A DNA stretch of 24,433 nucleotides from an uncultured Gemmatimonadales bacterium (GCA_963825055.1 CAWGSK010000028.1:1-24433), one strand, 5' to 3'. Numbered from the stretch's first letter, positions 1 through 8,224 are shown. Numbers and translations: made by a program. Notes: generated from the letters alone by a model not told the origin.

Positions 1-63
1 GTGCTCAGGGAAAGGTTGATGGAACGGATTCAGGCCGCGAGGGAGGGGGCGCGGAGACCTTAG
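1..63 (+). CDS. 3' end of an unidentified gene entering the window (VLRERLMERIQAAREGARRP*)
   Basis: Frame 1 is open from base 1 to TAG at 61-63 with host-like GC-rich codons, and composition changes just after it. Too short to identify. Confidence 0.4.
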   Translation: MLRERLMERIQAAREGARRP

Positions 64-211
64 GTCGCGTTACGTCTCCACATACGTGGACTTACACGGG
101 CCGTGACAAAGTGTTCGGAGTTATCATCCAGGCAATGGTGCAAGTCTGGACGACGGAAGAGCTACCGAGCGTTGCTCATGGATCTCACGCCGCCCTCTGA
201 TTCTTCCGCGA

Positions 212-1256
212 TCAACTGCGTTGTGTTACAACCGCCATTTTCTTTAGAAAGTACTCCGTATCCAAAAAGTAATTAGGATAGGCCTTCCTGAGCGCCTCTA
301 CCGAGTCAGCTCGAACTAGAACCGCGTCCAAACTAGAGCGGCGAGCGGTCTCTTCTTCGGCCTGCAGGTACGCTCGAGTCGCCTCCTCAATCTGTCCCAC
401 TCGGAATCCCGTTATGCTCAGAGACTCCTCTTCGGAGTCTAGACGAAGCAGGAAGTAGCGTGCTTCTCCCGACCGTGTTGGATTCATTACCTCCAGTGCT
501 TTGCGATACATCTTCAGTCTATGTACCATCTTCAAGGCTCTGGCCTGTGACCGGACGTCGCGAACAAGTTGGGACGGGGATAGACTGCCGGGGACTGGAG
601 GTGTTCCCTCCTCGATCGCAAAGAGGCTGCCAATATCGCGAAAGAGCGAGAGCCACTGGGCGGAGCCTTCGCTCGACTTTAGCGCCTGTGAAGTCAACGT
701 CCCTACGGTTTCAACTGCCGTTGCCCACGCGTGCTGAAGCTGTGTCCGCAACTGTATTTCTGTTAGGAGCCCGTCGAATACTGCTCGGTGACTGGTGCGA
801 CTGGAATAACGATAGATCAGGTGAATACTCCGATAGCCTGATGCAGCGGGCCAGGTGACATAGTCTCGCAGGCTCACGAAGGCGGCAGCTGTAGACCGAT
901 TCAGGTATGCCTCTTTCAGTGCGAGCAATTGTGGGAGCGTGTGAACCACTGCTCGGCAGCCGCCGATGTCCTGCATTTGCGATAGTCGCATGCTCTTTTG
1001 CCTTCGGAGCTTTGCGAGGATTGACGACGCTCTTTTTAACCGCTGAGCGATGAGGGCGGTTGGGTCAAACTCACGAGCCCTCCTCCTAAGGACTACTTGG
1101 AAGGTGTTGAGGGGGTAGGCATGGGACGCGCGCCAATTGCCCAGCACTCGAATGGAGTGGAATAGGCCACGACGTGGCCGAGGACGTGGAAGCCGGAAGA
1201 ATGCGCCAGCCTTATCAACCTCGGCTGGCTGAAAACTCTGGTTCGGTCCAGCTCAT
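212..1256 (-). CDS. RelA/SpoT-domain small alarmone synthetase, fused CapRel-like toxin-antitoxin; +1 frameshift near codon 8-12 (intact ORF 212..1147)
   Basis: SYNTH motifs QRLKR..SI..K, MQDIGGCR, DYV..P..SGYRSIHL and EIQLRTQLQHAWATAVE. The C-terminus VLV..DS...LRKAYPNYFLD contains YxxY. ATG at 1256 gives MSWTEPEFSAS, which joins EVDKAG in the main frame if one base is removed near 1223-1235. Confidence 0.8.
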
Positions 1257-1370
1257 GAGGCCTCGGCCGGATACAGGCGAGCTGCATGTTAAAGTGGGAC
1301 TGGGTCTTCGTCGGAACTACTCTAACGCAACTCCGTAATCGTGACTAGGAGGCCGGTAGTACCAATAGGG

Positions 1371-2377
1371 TCATCGCATGCGCCCGAACCATTCCAGTAC
1401 CGTGAATCCGTCCTCATCCTCATGGACGATGTAGACGGTGCTCTCCCCGACCGCCAGGACATTCTTGGACGTCTCCAACCGGAACTGTCTCGGGGTCCCT
1501 GACCGCGGCACCGCCAGGTAGGTCACGTATTTCGCGTCCGCCTTCGCGTACAGCCGGAGCCAGACCTCACCATCCGGTGCGGCAACGGCGTTCTCGAACG
1601 GCCCTTCACCTCCGCCATCGGCAGCGCCACCGGCCGGCCCCTGTCCCTGCCAGGTAGCCCGGGAACGAAGACGGAATCTGCCGGGGTGGTTTGTGGCCGA
1701 GGGAGGGGGAAGGGCCGGCTCGAGGTCCATTGTACGTCCACGGACCGCCACTCGACGTGGGGTGGATCATGTCGCGCTACCCAGACCGTGCCATCAGGCA
1801 GGATGCCGGCCTCGTCATGGGCTGCGTAGCTGAGTGCCTGGGTCAGTCCCGGGTCCTTGATCGAGCGCACCCATGGAACGGTTGCGAGGGTCACAAGCTC
1901 GAGCGTGGAGTCGGCATCCGGGAAATACCGGTAGAGCACGCCTCTTGGCCCCCTACCGGACGAGGGAGCAGTATCCGAGGTGCAGGCCCGGCCCAGGGCA
2001 TCGAGCATCAGACCGGTCCGTTGGAGTCGGGGCGGAATCAGGGAATCCGCTATCAAGGTGCCATCGCTGGTGAAATAGGACGTGCGCGCAAGAGCTCCGT
2101 CCACGACGGCGAATCGCCTGTCCCTCAACGGGAAGACAAAGTATGGAAAGATGAATTCCCCGGGTCCGCGGCCCTCCCGGCCCACGCGCCTGGTCTCACC
2201 GGTATTCAGGTCCACAATGAGGACGTGCTGCTCCTCCGGCTGGGCCAGGACGATACGGCCAGGGGCTACCTCCGCCAGGGAAGTGATCTCACGCAGCTCC
2301 TTCACGCCGCCCACGGGCGCGGGCAGGTCCTGGACTTGAGCTGCCAGGGCCAGGAGCATCAGGGTAGGAGTGATCAT
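1371..2377 (-). CDS. Secreted 6-bladed beta-propeller-like protein, split by a 1-nt deletion near 1600-1604
   Basis: Signal peptide MITPTLMLLALAAQ and the motif VGREGRGPGEF typical of 6-bladed propeller/NHL-like proteins. ORF 1523..2377 reads MAEVKG, and the plausible continuation PFENAVAAPDGEVWL...VHEDEDGFTVLEWF is in the frame of ORF 1371..1751. Confidence 0.7.
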
Positions 2378-2454
2378 TCAAGGGAGTGTGTCGGTGGGGC
2401 GGGGGAGCGCAAGGGGGGCAGAAGCCGGCTATCGGGAATGGGGTATCGGGTGGT

Positions 2455-2470
2455 GTTGAGTCGTTGAGTC
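2455..2470 (+). repeat. GTTGAGTC octamer x2
   Basis: Read directly; the same unit recurs at 6049-6072 and 14253-14276. Confidence 0.7.
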
Positions 2471-2481
2471 GCGGTCCGCCG

Positions 2482-3381
2482 TCACCCGCTCTTTCGCCCC
2501 ACGCTCCGCGTGAGATGGGCAAGGCCGGATTCCGCGTGGTCCCGGCTCCCGCTGGCGAGCATCTCTACGGTCCAGGTGGCCGCCTCCAGCAACCCCCACC
2601 TCCAGATACCCTCCCGCAGGGCCTCCAGGTCGGGAGTGGGATAATGCTGCAGGACCTCCTCCAGCATGTGCGGTCCGAAGTCTTCATGGATGAAAATGAA
2701 GTCACGGGCAGGATCGCCGAGGACGATGTCGCCGAAGTCAATGATCCCGGTGAGCGATCCGGTCTGCGGATCATGAAGGACGTGACCCGGTGACATGTCG
2801 GCATGGAGCAGGGCAGGCGGGCGCTCCCAGCCCGGGATCGCCCATGCCTCCAGCGCCTCGACCAGTCTGCCGAAGGTGGCGTCGTCGAGCAGACCGGTGA
2901 GGGAGCTGCCGATGTCCCGGCGAAGGCGGGCGGCCGTCGCGGTGCCATCCAGGCGATCAACCCCGCATCCTTCAGCGACAGAGGCCGGGAGCGAGTGCAG
3001 CGCGCGCATGAAGCCCGCCAGCCCGGCCGCCGCGGCCCTCCGCCCAGCCGGCGGCATTCCTTCCCATACGCTCCGGGTCAGGGCCTCCCCCTCGACGTAC
3101 CGATGGACGGTGAATGGCGGGCAGCCTGCCGGAGTGTGCAGCGTGAGCACCGGCACGGGGAGCGTCAGCATCGGCGCGATCCGCCCGATAACACAGGCCT
3201 CGCGCTGGAGTGCCGCGGCCGCCTCCGCATGACGCGCGACCCGGATGACGTGCTCTCCCTGACGGAACGCCAGACAGAAATCCCCCTGGCCGAGGGGGGC
3301 AATCTCTCCTTCCTGCAGGTGGGCGGAGATAAGCGCCCCCGCGCCGGCATGATTGAGGCCGGACCAGCTCCAGGGTGTCAC
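2482..3381 (-). CDS. APH-family (aminoglycoside/macrolide) phosphotransferase-like kinase
   Basis: LGQG loop, catalytic HADMSPGH, metal-binding GIIDFGD, and GDPARDF. Confidence 0.85.
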   Translation of the reverse strand: MTPWSWSGLNHAGAGALISAHLQEGEIAPLGQGDFCLAFRQGEHVIRVARHAEAAAALQREACVIGRIAPMLTLPVPVLTLHTPAGCPPFTVHRYVEGEALTRSVWEGMPPAGRRAAAAGLAGFMRALHSLPASVAEGCGVDRLDGTATAARLRRDIGSSLTGLLDDATFGRLVEALEAWAIPGWERPPALLHADMSPGHVLHDPQTGSLTGIIDFGDIVLGDPARDFIFIHEDFGPHMLEEVLQHYPTPDLEALREGIWRWGLLEAATWTVEMLASGSRDHAESGLAHLTRSVGRKSG

Positions 3382-3393
3382 GCGGGGCCCGGC

Positions 3394-3750
3394 TTACGCC
3401 TCAACCGGCCGCACCTCGCACTCTCCCTCGAACTCCGGCCAGTGCTCAAGGTGCAGCGCCATGAACCTCTGTGCCAGGTCCCGGGCCTCCTGTTCAGTCG
3501 CGGCCTCGAGGATCGCGTAGCCGCCGACGACTTCCTTCGCTTCGGCGAACGGTCCGTCGGTGGTCTGGATCTTTCCACCGCTCTGGCGGACCCGGAAGGC
3601 TTCGGTGGTGGGCTTGAGCCCGGCCGTGTCCTTGAGCCTCCCGGTCTTGAACCACTCCTCGATGAACGGTCCCATGGCGTCCATCAGTGACTGCGGGACT
3701 TCTTCAGTACGCAGGTCCTGTCTGTGCTTGATCAGCATGAGGTATTTCAT
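3394..3750 (-). CDS. YciI family / DGPF-domain protein
   Basis: MKYLMLI start and TTDGPFAEAKEVVGGYAIL...EVRP motifs. GGAG lies upstream of ATG 3750; alternative start at 3756. Confidence 0.92.
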   Translation of the reverse strand: MKYLMLIKHRQDLRTEEVPQSLMDAMGPFIEEWFKTGRLKDTAGLKPTTEAFRVRQSGGKIQTTDGPFAEAKEVVGGYAILEAATEQEARDLAQRFMALHLEHWPEFEGECEVRPVEA

Positions 3751-3770
3751 CGTCATTCTCCACGCAGGGT

Positions 3771-3806
3771 GGTCAGGGCGGTCAGGGCGGTCAAGGCGGT
3801 CAGGGC
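3771..3806 (+). repeat. GGTCAGGGC nonamer x4
   Basis: Four tandem units, one with a substitution, between the VOC stop and the YciI start. Confidence 0.9.
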
Positions 3807-3810
3807 GACC

Positions 3811-4287
3811 TCACCCGTTGCGGGCCGCGGCCTCGAGTGTCGGGATGTCGATCTTCCGCATCTCGAGCATCGCCTGCATGACCCGCTGCGACTTTGCCCG
3901 GTCGGAACTGCTGATCAGCTCGATCAGCCGCCGTGGCGTGACCTGCCAGGACAGCCCGAACCTGTCCTTCACCCAGCCGCACATGGATTCCTCACCGCCG
4001 TCCGAAGTGAGCTTCGACCAGTAATGATCCACTTCCTTCTGGTCCTTACAGTCGATCACGAAGGAAATGGCCTCGTCGAACGTGAACTGCGGGCCGGCAT
4101 TGAGGGCCTGGAATTTCTTCCCGTCCAGTTCGAACTCGACCACCATCACCGAGCCCGCCGGGGCAGGTGACCCCTCGGGATAGCGGCTGACGCTCAGGAT
4201 CTTCGAATTGGGGAAGATCGATACGTAGAAGTTCGCGGCCTCCTCGGCCTGGGTATCGAACCAGAGAAAGGGTGTGATATCGGGCAT
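3811..4287 (-). CDS. VOC family protein (PhnB / 3-demethylubiquinone-9 3-methyltransferase-like)
   Basis: ITPFLWFD.QAEEAA.FY.S.F, ALNAGPQFTFDEAISF, CGWVKDRFGLSWQV and MLEMRKIDI. Confidence 0.93.
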   Translation of the reverse strand: MPDITPFLWFDTQAEEAANFYVSIFPNSKILSVSRYPEGSPAPAGSVMVVEFELDGKKFQALNAGPQFTFDEAISFVIDCKDQKEVDHYWSKLTSDGGEESMCGWVKDRFGLSWQVTPRRLIELISSSDRAKSQRVMQAMLEMRKIDIPTLEAAARNG

Positions 4288-4345
4288 ACGACGATCCTCG
4301 GCGGTGCGAGTGAAGGTTGCGGAAACGCGATGCTTTCAGGAATAC

Positions 4346-4372
4346 GACGAATACGGGAGGGGAAAATCGACA
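4346..4372 (-). promoter_or_regulatory. ECF42-type sigma promoter (TGTCGA-N17-CGTC) upstream of the VOC-DGPF operon
   Basis: The minus strand reads TGTCGA ttttcccctcccgtatt CGTC. This matches the motif described for ECF42 targets, which are DGPF genes. Confidence 0.65.
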
Positions 4373-4379
4373 GGGGCAG

Positions 4380-4430
4380 GGCGGACAGGCGGACAGGCGG
4401 ACGGGACGGAAAGGACGGACGAGACGGACG
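4380..4430 (+). repeat. G-rich degenerate GGCGGACA / GACGGAC tandem arm
   Basis: gggcggacaggcggacaggcggacgggacggaaaggacggacgagacggacg. Confidence 0.75.
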
Positions 4431-4453
4431 AACCGGCGGGTGACCGGTGTGAG

Positions 4454-4531
4454 TTATCCACGCCAATGTGAATAATTCACATGATGTATCTCAACTAAGT
4501 CATTAAAAATAAATAGCTTACAGTACATCAT
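4454..4531. promoter_or_regulatory. AT-rich element with DnaA-box-like sites, a 17-bp palindrome and an IHF-like site
   Basis: TTATCCACG (4454-4462); ATGTGAAT-A-ATTCACAT (4466-4482); AATAAATAGCTTA (4508-4520); ATGATGTA/TACATCAT inverted repeat (4481-4488/4524-4531). Confidence 0.5.
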
Positions 4532-4550
4532 CCTACGCTTTAGCTTCGCA

Positions 4551-4677
4551 CCGCCTCGACCGCCTCGACCGCCTCGACCGCCTCGACCGCCTCGACCGCC
4601 TCGACCGCCTCGACCGCCTCGACCGCCTGACCGGCTGACCGCCTGACCGCCTGACCGCCCTGACCGCCCTGACCGCC
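4551..4677 (+). repeat. CCGCCTCGA x8 followed by CCG(C/G)CTGA x4 and CCGCCCTGA x2
   Basis: Tandem array read directly; it abuts the stop codon of the 4677..5387 gene. Confidence 0.97.
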
Positions 4678-5387
4678 TAGTCGCCCGGCCCGATCATCCG
4701 GGTCACGTGGCCACTGTCGTCCAGAAACTCGATCGCGGCACTGCCCAGGGAATCCACCTTGAGCCGGATCCGGGTGCGTCCATTCCCGTCGGCGAGGGCG
4801 ACGACCGCGGCCCCGTCGAACTGGCGGCCGGTGAAGAGCCGGAGTCGACCGCCGTCCTTCCGCCACCTCGCCATCGCCTCTCGTTTCGCGGTGGAGTCAG
4901 TCATCGCCTGGATCTCGTCGTAGCGCTCGGCCCACTGCCGGTTGGTGGTGGTGGTCGAATAGTCCTGGATGGCCAGACCGGAACGCCGCCGGCCGCCGTC
5001 CTCCACGTACTGGAGCGCGATGGTCTGGTCCCGGTCGTACTGGTCGAAGGTGAGGCCGCCGTATGCGGAGGGAACGTCATCCTTCGTGCGGCCCTCGAAG
5101 GTCAGGCCGCCATTCTCCGTCCCTTCATCGTTGTAGAAGATCATGCCGACGCGCCGCCCGGCTGGATACCCGAACGGTATCCCGCGCTCCACCGGTCCCG
5201 GCGTCCGCGCGCGGTTGGCGATGACCATCCGGAGCTGGCCATTCTTCTCGACGATATTGATCCGCTCGACGTCGATCTCCTCGAAGTGCTCGCGGCGCCG
5301 GGCCGCGAAGGCCGACGTGAGGATGACGAGGGTGAGGAGGGCATGGGCGGTCAGGTAGATGCCGCCGGCGCGTGCGCGTGCTGTCAT
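4677..5387 (-). CDS. Conserved hypothetical exported/membrane-anchored protein
   Basis: GGAG RBS, N-terminal hydrophobic segment, and motif-like blocks FEEIDVERINIVE, GMIFYNDEGTENGGL, FDQYDRDQ and IEFLD..G. Host-like codon usage. Confidence 0.85.
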   Translation of the reverse strand: MTARARAGGIYLTAHALLTLVILTSAFAARRREHFEEIDVERINIVEKNGQLRMVIANRARTPGPVERGIPFGYPAGRRVGMIFYNDEGTENGGLTFEGRTKDDVPSAYGGLTFDQYDRDQTIALQYVEDGGRRRSGLAIQDYSTTTTNRQWAERYDEIQAMTDSTAKREAMARWRKDGGRLRLFTGRQFDGAAVVALADGNGRTRIRLKVDSLGSAAIEFLDDSGHVTRMIGPGD

Positions 5388-5474
5388 GGTCGACTCCCGT
5401 GCGCGAAGGATGGGTTGCCGTCACGGTCAGAACGTTCCAACCCTGTCGGACACGCACACGCGCGGAAGCGTTGC

Positions 5475-5966
5475 TCAGGACCAGCCTTCGTCCGCGGACG
5501 GGCCGTACATCGCCGGCACCGCGACCTCCAGCAGCCGGAGGTACACTCCGAGCTGCGCCCGATGATGCACCAGGTGGTTGATGTGCATGCGGACGATGTC
5601 GGCGCGGGGCATGGTCATGAAGACGGTGTCGCCCTTCTTGAGCGACCACGCGACCTCCCAGTCGGCGTCCTTCGCCTGCTCGATAGCCTCGCGGGACTCC
5701 TTCGCTCCCTTCTCGAAGCCCTCGAGCAGGGTGCTGGTCTTTTCCTGCGAGTACCCCCCGGCCTGGCCGAGGTCGAGCGAGGTGTGCTTCAGGGCCTGGC
5801 CGATCCAGCCAGGCATCCAGGAGACCAGCTGGGCGAGATGGCCCAGGGAGAAGGACTTGGGGTGGGGTTTCCACTCGCCTTTGCCGTCGGGCACGCGCTC
5901 GAGGACTTTGCGGGTGTACTTCATTTCCTGGTCGAACTCGGCGAGGAGGCGGGTTTTGTCGGGCAT
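5475..5966 (-). CDS. DinB/YfiT family protein
   Basis: E...TRKVLERVP...WKPHPKSFSLGHLAQ and NHLVHHRAQLGVYLR...VPAMYGPSADE; own ATG at 5966. Confidence 0.92.
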   Translation of the reverse strand: MPDKTRLLAEFDQEMKYTRKVLERVPDGKGEWKPHPKSFSLGHLAQLVSWMPGWIGQALKHTSLDLGQAGGYSQEKTSTLLEGFEKGAKESREAIEQAKDADWEVAWSLKKGDTVFMTMPRADIVRMHINHLVHHRAQLGVYLRLLEVAVPAMYGPSADEGWS

Positions 5967-5970
5967 GGGA

Positions 5971-6013
5971 GTCGGGGGTCGAGGGGTCGAGGTGAAGGTC
6001 GAGGGGTCGAAGG
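5971..6013 (+). repeat. G-rich GGGGTCGA degenerate tandem arm
   Basis: gtcgggggtcgaggggtcgaggtgaaggtcgaggggtcgaagg. Confidence 0.75.
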
Positions 6014-6048
6014 GAATCAAAACGGGGGAAGGAGAGAAGGGCAAGGGC

Positions 6049-6072
6049 GTTGAGTCGTTGATTGGTTGAATC
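6049..6072 (+). repeat. GTTGA(G/T/A)T(C/G) octamer x3
   Basis: gttgagtc gttgattg gttgaatc. Confidence 0.7.
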
Positions 6073-6080
6073 GTTACATT

Positions 6081-6156
6081 CCGCCCGTCCGCCCGTCCGC
6101 CCGTCCGCCCTGTTCTCGACCGCCTTGTTCCTGACCGCCCTGTTGACGACCGCCCT
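6081..6156 (+). repeat. CCGCCCGT x3 followed by 15-mer CCGCC(C/T)TGTT-NNN-GA x3
   Basis: Read directly; abuts the corrected stop of the permease. Confidence 0.9.
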
Positions 6157-7940
6157 ATCTCAACCCCAGCAACACCGGCGTCAGCAGCGTGGCCGTCACC
6201 CAGGTGATCACGGTCAGCGCGCCTGCCGATCAGCAGGTAGTGGCGGAACTCGTACTGGCCGGGACCGAGGACCAGGATCGTGCTCTCGTGTGCGACGGGC
6301 GTACTGAAACCCGCCGAGATGCAGACGGCGAGGGCGACCATGACGGGGCGGGGGTCGAGACCGGTGGCCTGCGCCACCTGCCAGGCGATCGGGGCCATGA
6401 TGATCGCCACTGCGGCGTTCTCGATGACCTGCGTGAACAGAATCGCGACGAGCAGAAGACCCGCGAGGAGGATCACCGCGCCGCCACCCGAGACGTACCG
6501 CACCGCGAGGTTCGCGATGGCTGTCGCCGCGCCGGTTTCCTCGAGGGCGGTGCCGAACGAGATCATGGCGCCCAGCGTGACGAGGGTCGGCCAGTCGATG
6601 GACTCGTACGCGCCTCGCCAGGTGATGCTGCCCAGGAGAATCGCGAGCATCGCGGCAATCGGTATGGAAATGCTGGGCGCCAGGAGACCGCTGACCGCGA
6701 GGGCCACCACGCCGGCCAGGAGCGCGGCCGTGGTCCACGCTTTCCGCCGCCCAAGGGCGGGGAAGTCCCGGTCCTGAAGGACCAGGAGCCCGGGTCGCTC
6801 CCGGAGCAGCGCCACGTCGGCCGCGGAGCCGAGCAGCAGGATCGAATCGCCTCCCTCGAGTACGCTGTCCATGATCCGGGTTCCGACCGGGTGCCCGTGC
6901 CGCGCGAGGCCGACCACCGGGATCCCGAACCGCCCCCGACGCGAGGCCAGTTCGAGTGTCAGCCCCACGAAGGGCGAATTGACCGGGACCACGGCCTCGA
7001 CGGTGACCAGGTCTACGCTCTCGAGGGCCGTATCGTCCAGCGTCGATTCCTCCACCACGCGGAAATCCGACGACTTGATGAGCCCGCCGATGTTTTCCAC
7101 CGTCCCGCGCACCAGGAGGACGTCCCCCGCGGCGAGGAGGCTCCAGTCGGGCACCGGCCGGCCGTCCCGCAGGTGGGCCACGACCGCCACCCCCTCGGCG
7201 GTGAGGGCGTCCACCGCGCCCGGTCGCTGGCCGATGGCGCCGGATTCCTCCGGTACGTCCACCTCGGTCAGGAACTCCTTCATCAGGTCGTGAGGGAGGG
7301 AAGGGCGATGATCCGGAAGGAGATGCCGGCCCACAAGCATGAGGAACACCGCTGACCCTGCGAACACCGCCGCCGCAAGCGGGGTGAAGGCAAAGAACCC
7401 GATGCCGTGGCCGGTGTGGTTTCTGAGGAAGTCGCTGATCAGGATGTTGCTGCGGGTGCCGATCAGGGTCCACTGCCCGCCGAGGAGCGAACCATAGGCC
7501 GCGAAGAGGAGGTAGCGCGACGGGGAGAGATTCTTTTCGCGGCAGATGCCCGCGATGAGCGGGAGGAGGATCAGGACGACCGTCGTGTCGTTGATGAACA
7601 TCGACGCGAAGGTCGCCAGGACCAGGACCGCGAGCTGGAGCAGCCACTCGTGGCCCGACACCGCCCGCAGGATCCGGAGCCCGATCGCCTCCGCCGCGCC
7701 CGTCCGCACCAGCGACCGCCCCAGGATGAACATCCCCGCGATCATGAGCACCGCGGCGCTGCCGAATCCCGCAAATCCCTTCTCGGGCGGGAGGACCGCG
7801 CGCCACCCGCCCGGGTGCGGCCACGGCACCACCAGCAGCAGCATGACCATGACCGCGGTCATGTCCGGCCGGATTCGTCGGGTCCAGAAGAGCCAGATCG
7901 CCATCGCCAGGACGGCGGTCAGGTAGAGGTAGTCGATCAA
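6155..7940 (-). CDS. SLC13/CitMHS-type permease with TrkA-C domains; 1-nt insertion near 6224
   Basis: SMFINDT, GGQWTLIGTRSNIL, two TrkA-C-like soluble segments, IENAAVAIIMAPIA and FSTPVAH. Removing one base at about 6224 gives the final helix GGALTVITWVTATLLTPVLLGLR* with the stop at 6155-6157. Confidence 0.88.
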
Positions 7941-7943
7941 AGG

Positions 7944-7999
7944 AGGTCGAAGGTCGAAGGTCGAAGGTCGAGGGTCGAGGGTCGAGGGTCGAGGGTAGA
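7944..7999 (+). repeat. (A/G)GGTCGA heptamer x7 plus one degenerate copy
   Basis: AGGTCGA x4, GGGTCGA x3, GGGTAGA. Confidence 0.95.
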
Positions 8000-8078
8000 A
8001 GATCGGCTAATCCATATCCCGGAAGTGAGAGGTGTACAAGGGGCGGGGAGCGGGTGAGTGGGTGAAGGGTGGAATGCA

Positions 8079-8191
8079 TGTCATCTCGAGCGAAGCGAGA
8101 GATCCTGTCGGCCGCCGATCGAACCAGGCCCGGCTTGCAAAGGCGCTCGATCCAGGGACAGTAGATCCCTCGCTGGACGCTCGGGATGACA
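8079..8191. repeat. Palindromic REP/MITE-like element with GTCAT...ATGAC termini
   Basis: Left arm TGTCATCTCGAGCGAAGCGAGAGATC pairs imperfectly with right arm GATCCCTCGCTGGACGCTCGGGATGACA. Confidence 0.8.
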
Positions 8192-8224
8192 GGGCCGCCG
8201 TGACGACACTGCCCTCCCAGCAGA

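Noticed and set aside
1093..1287. 64-aa ORF as a separate antitoxin upstream of the alarmone synthetase
   Set aside because: It overlaps the region better explained as the frameshifted N-terminus of the synthetase, which already carries a C-terminal antitoxin-like region.
4454..4531. Definite oriC or dif site
   Set aside because: Only two or three DnaA-like boxes, no dnaA/dnaN/gidA context, and no match to the XerC/XerD dif consensus. Kept only as a candidate regulatory locus.
4551..4677. CRISPR array
   Set aside because: Units are 8-9 nt and contiguous with no unique spacers, and there are no cas genes. The same applies to all other arrays here.
4540..4866. ORF ending in (AVE)n repeats
   Set aside because: It is only the translation of the CCGCCTCGA array and overlaps the real 4677..5387 gene out of frame.
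5475..7940. Genuine novel SLC13-DinB fusion protein
   Set aside because: The linker is translated intergenic repeat DNA, and a one-base correction restores two normal genes.
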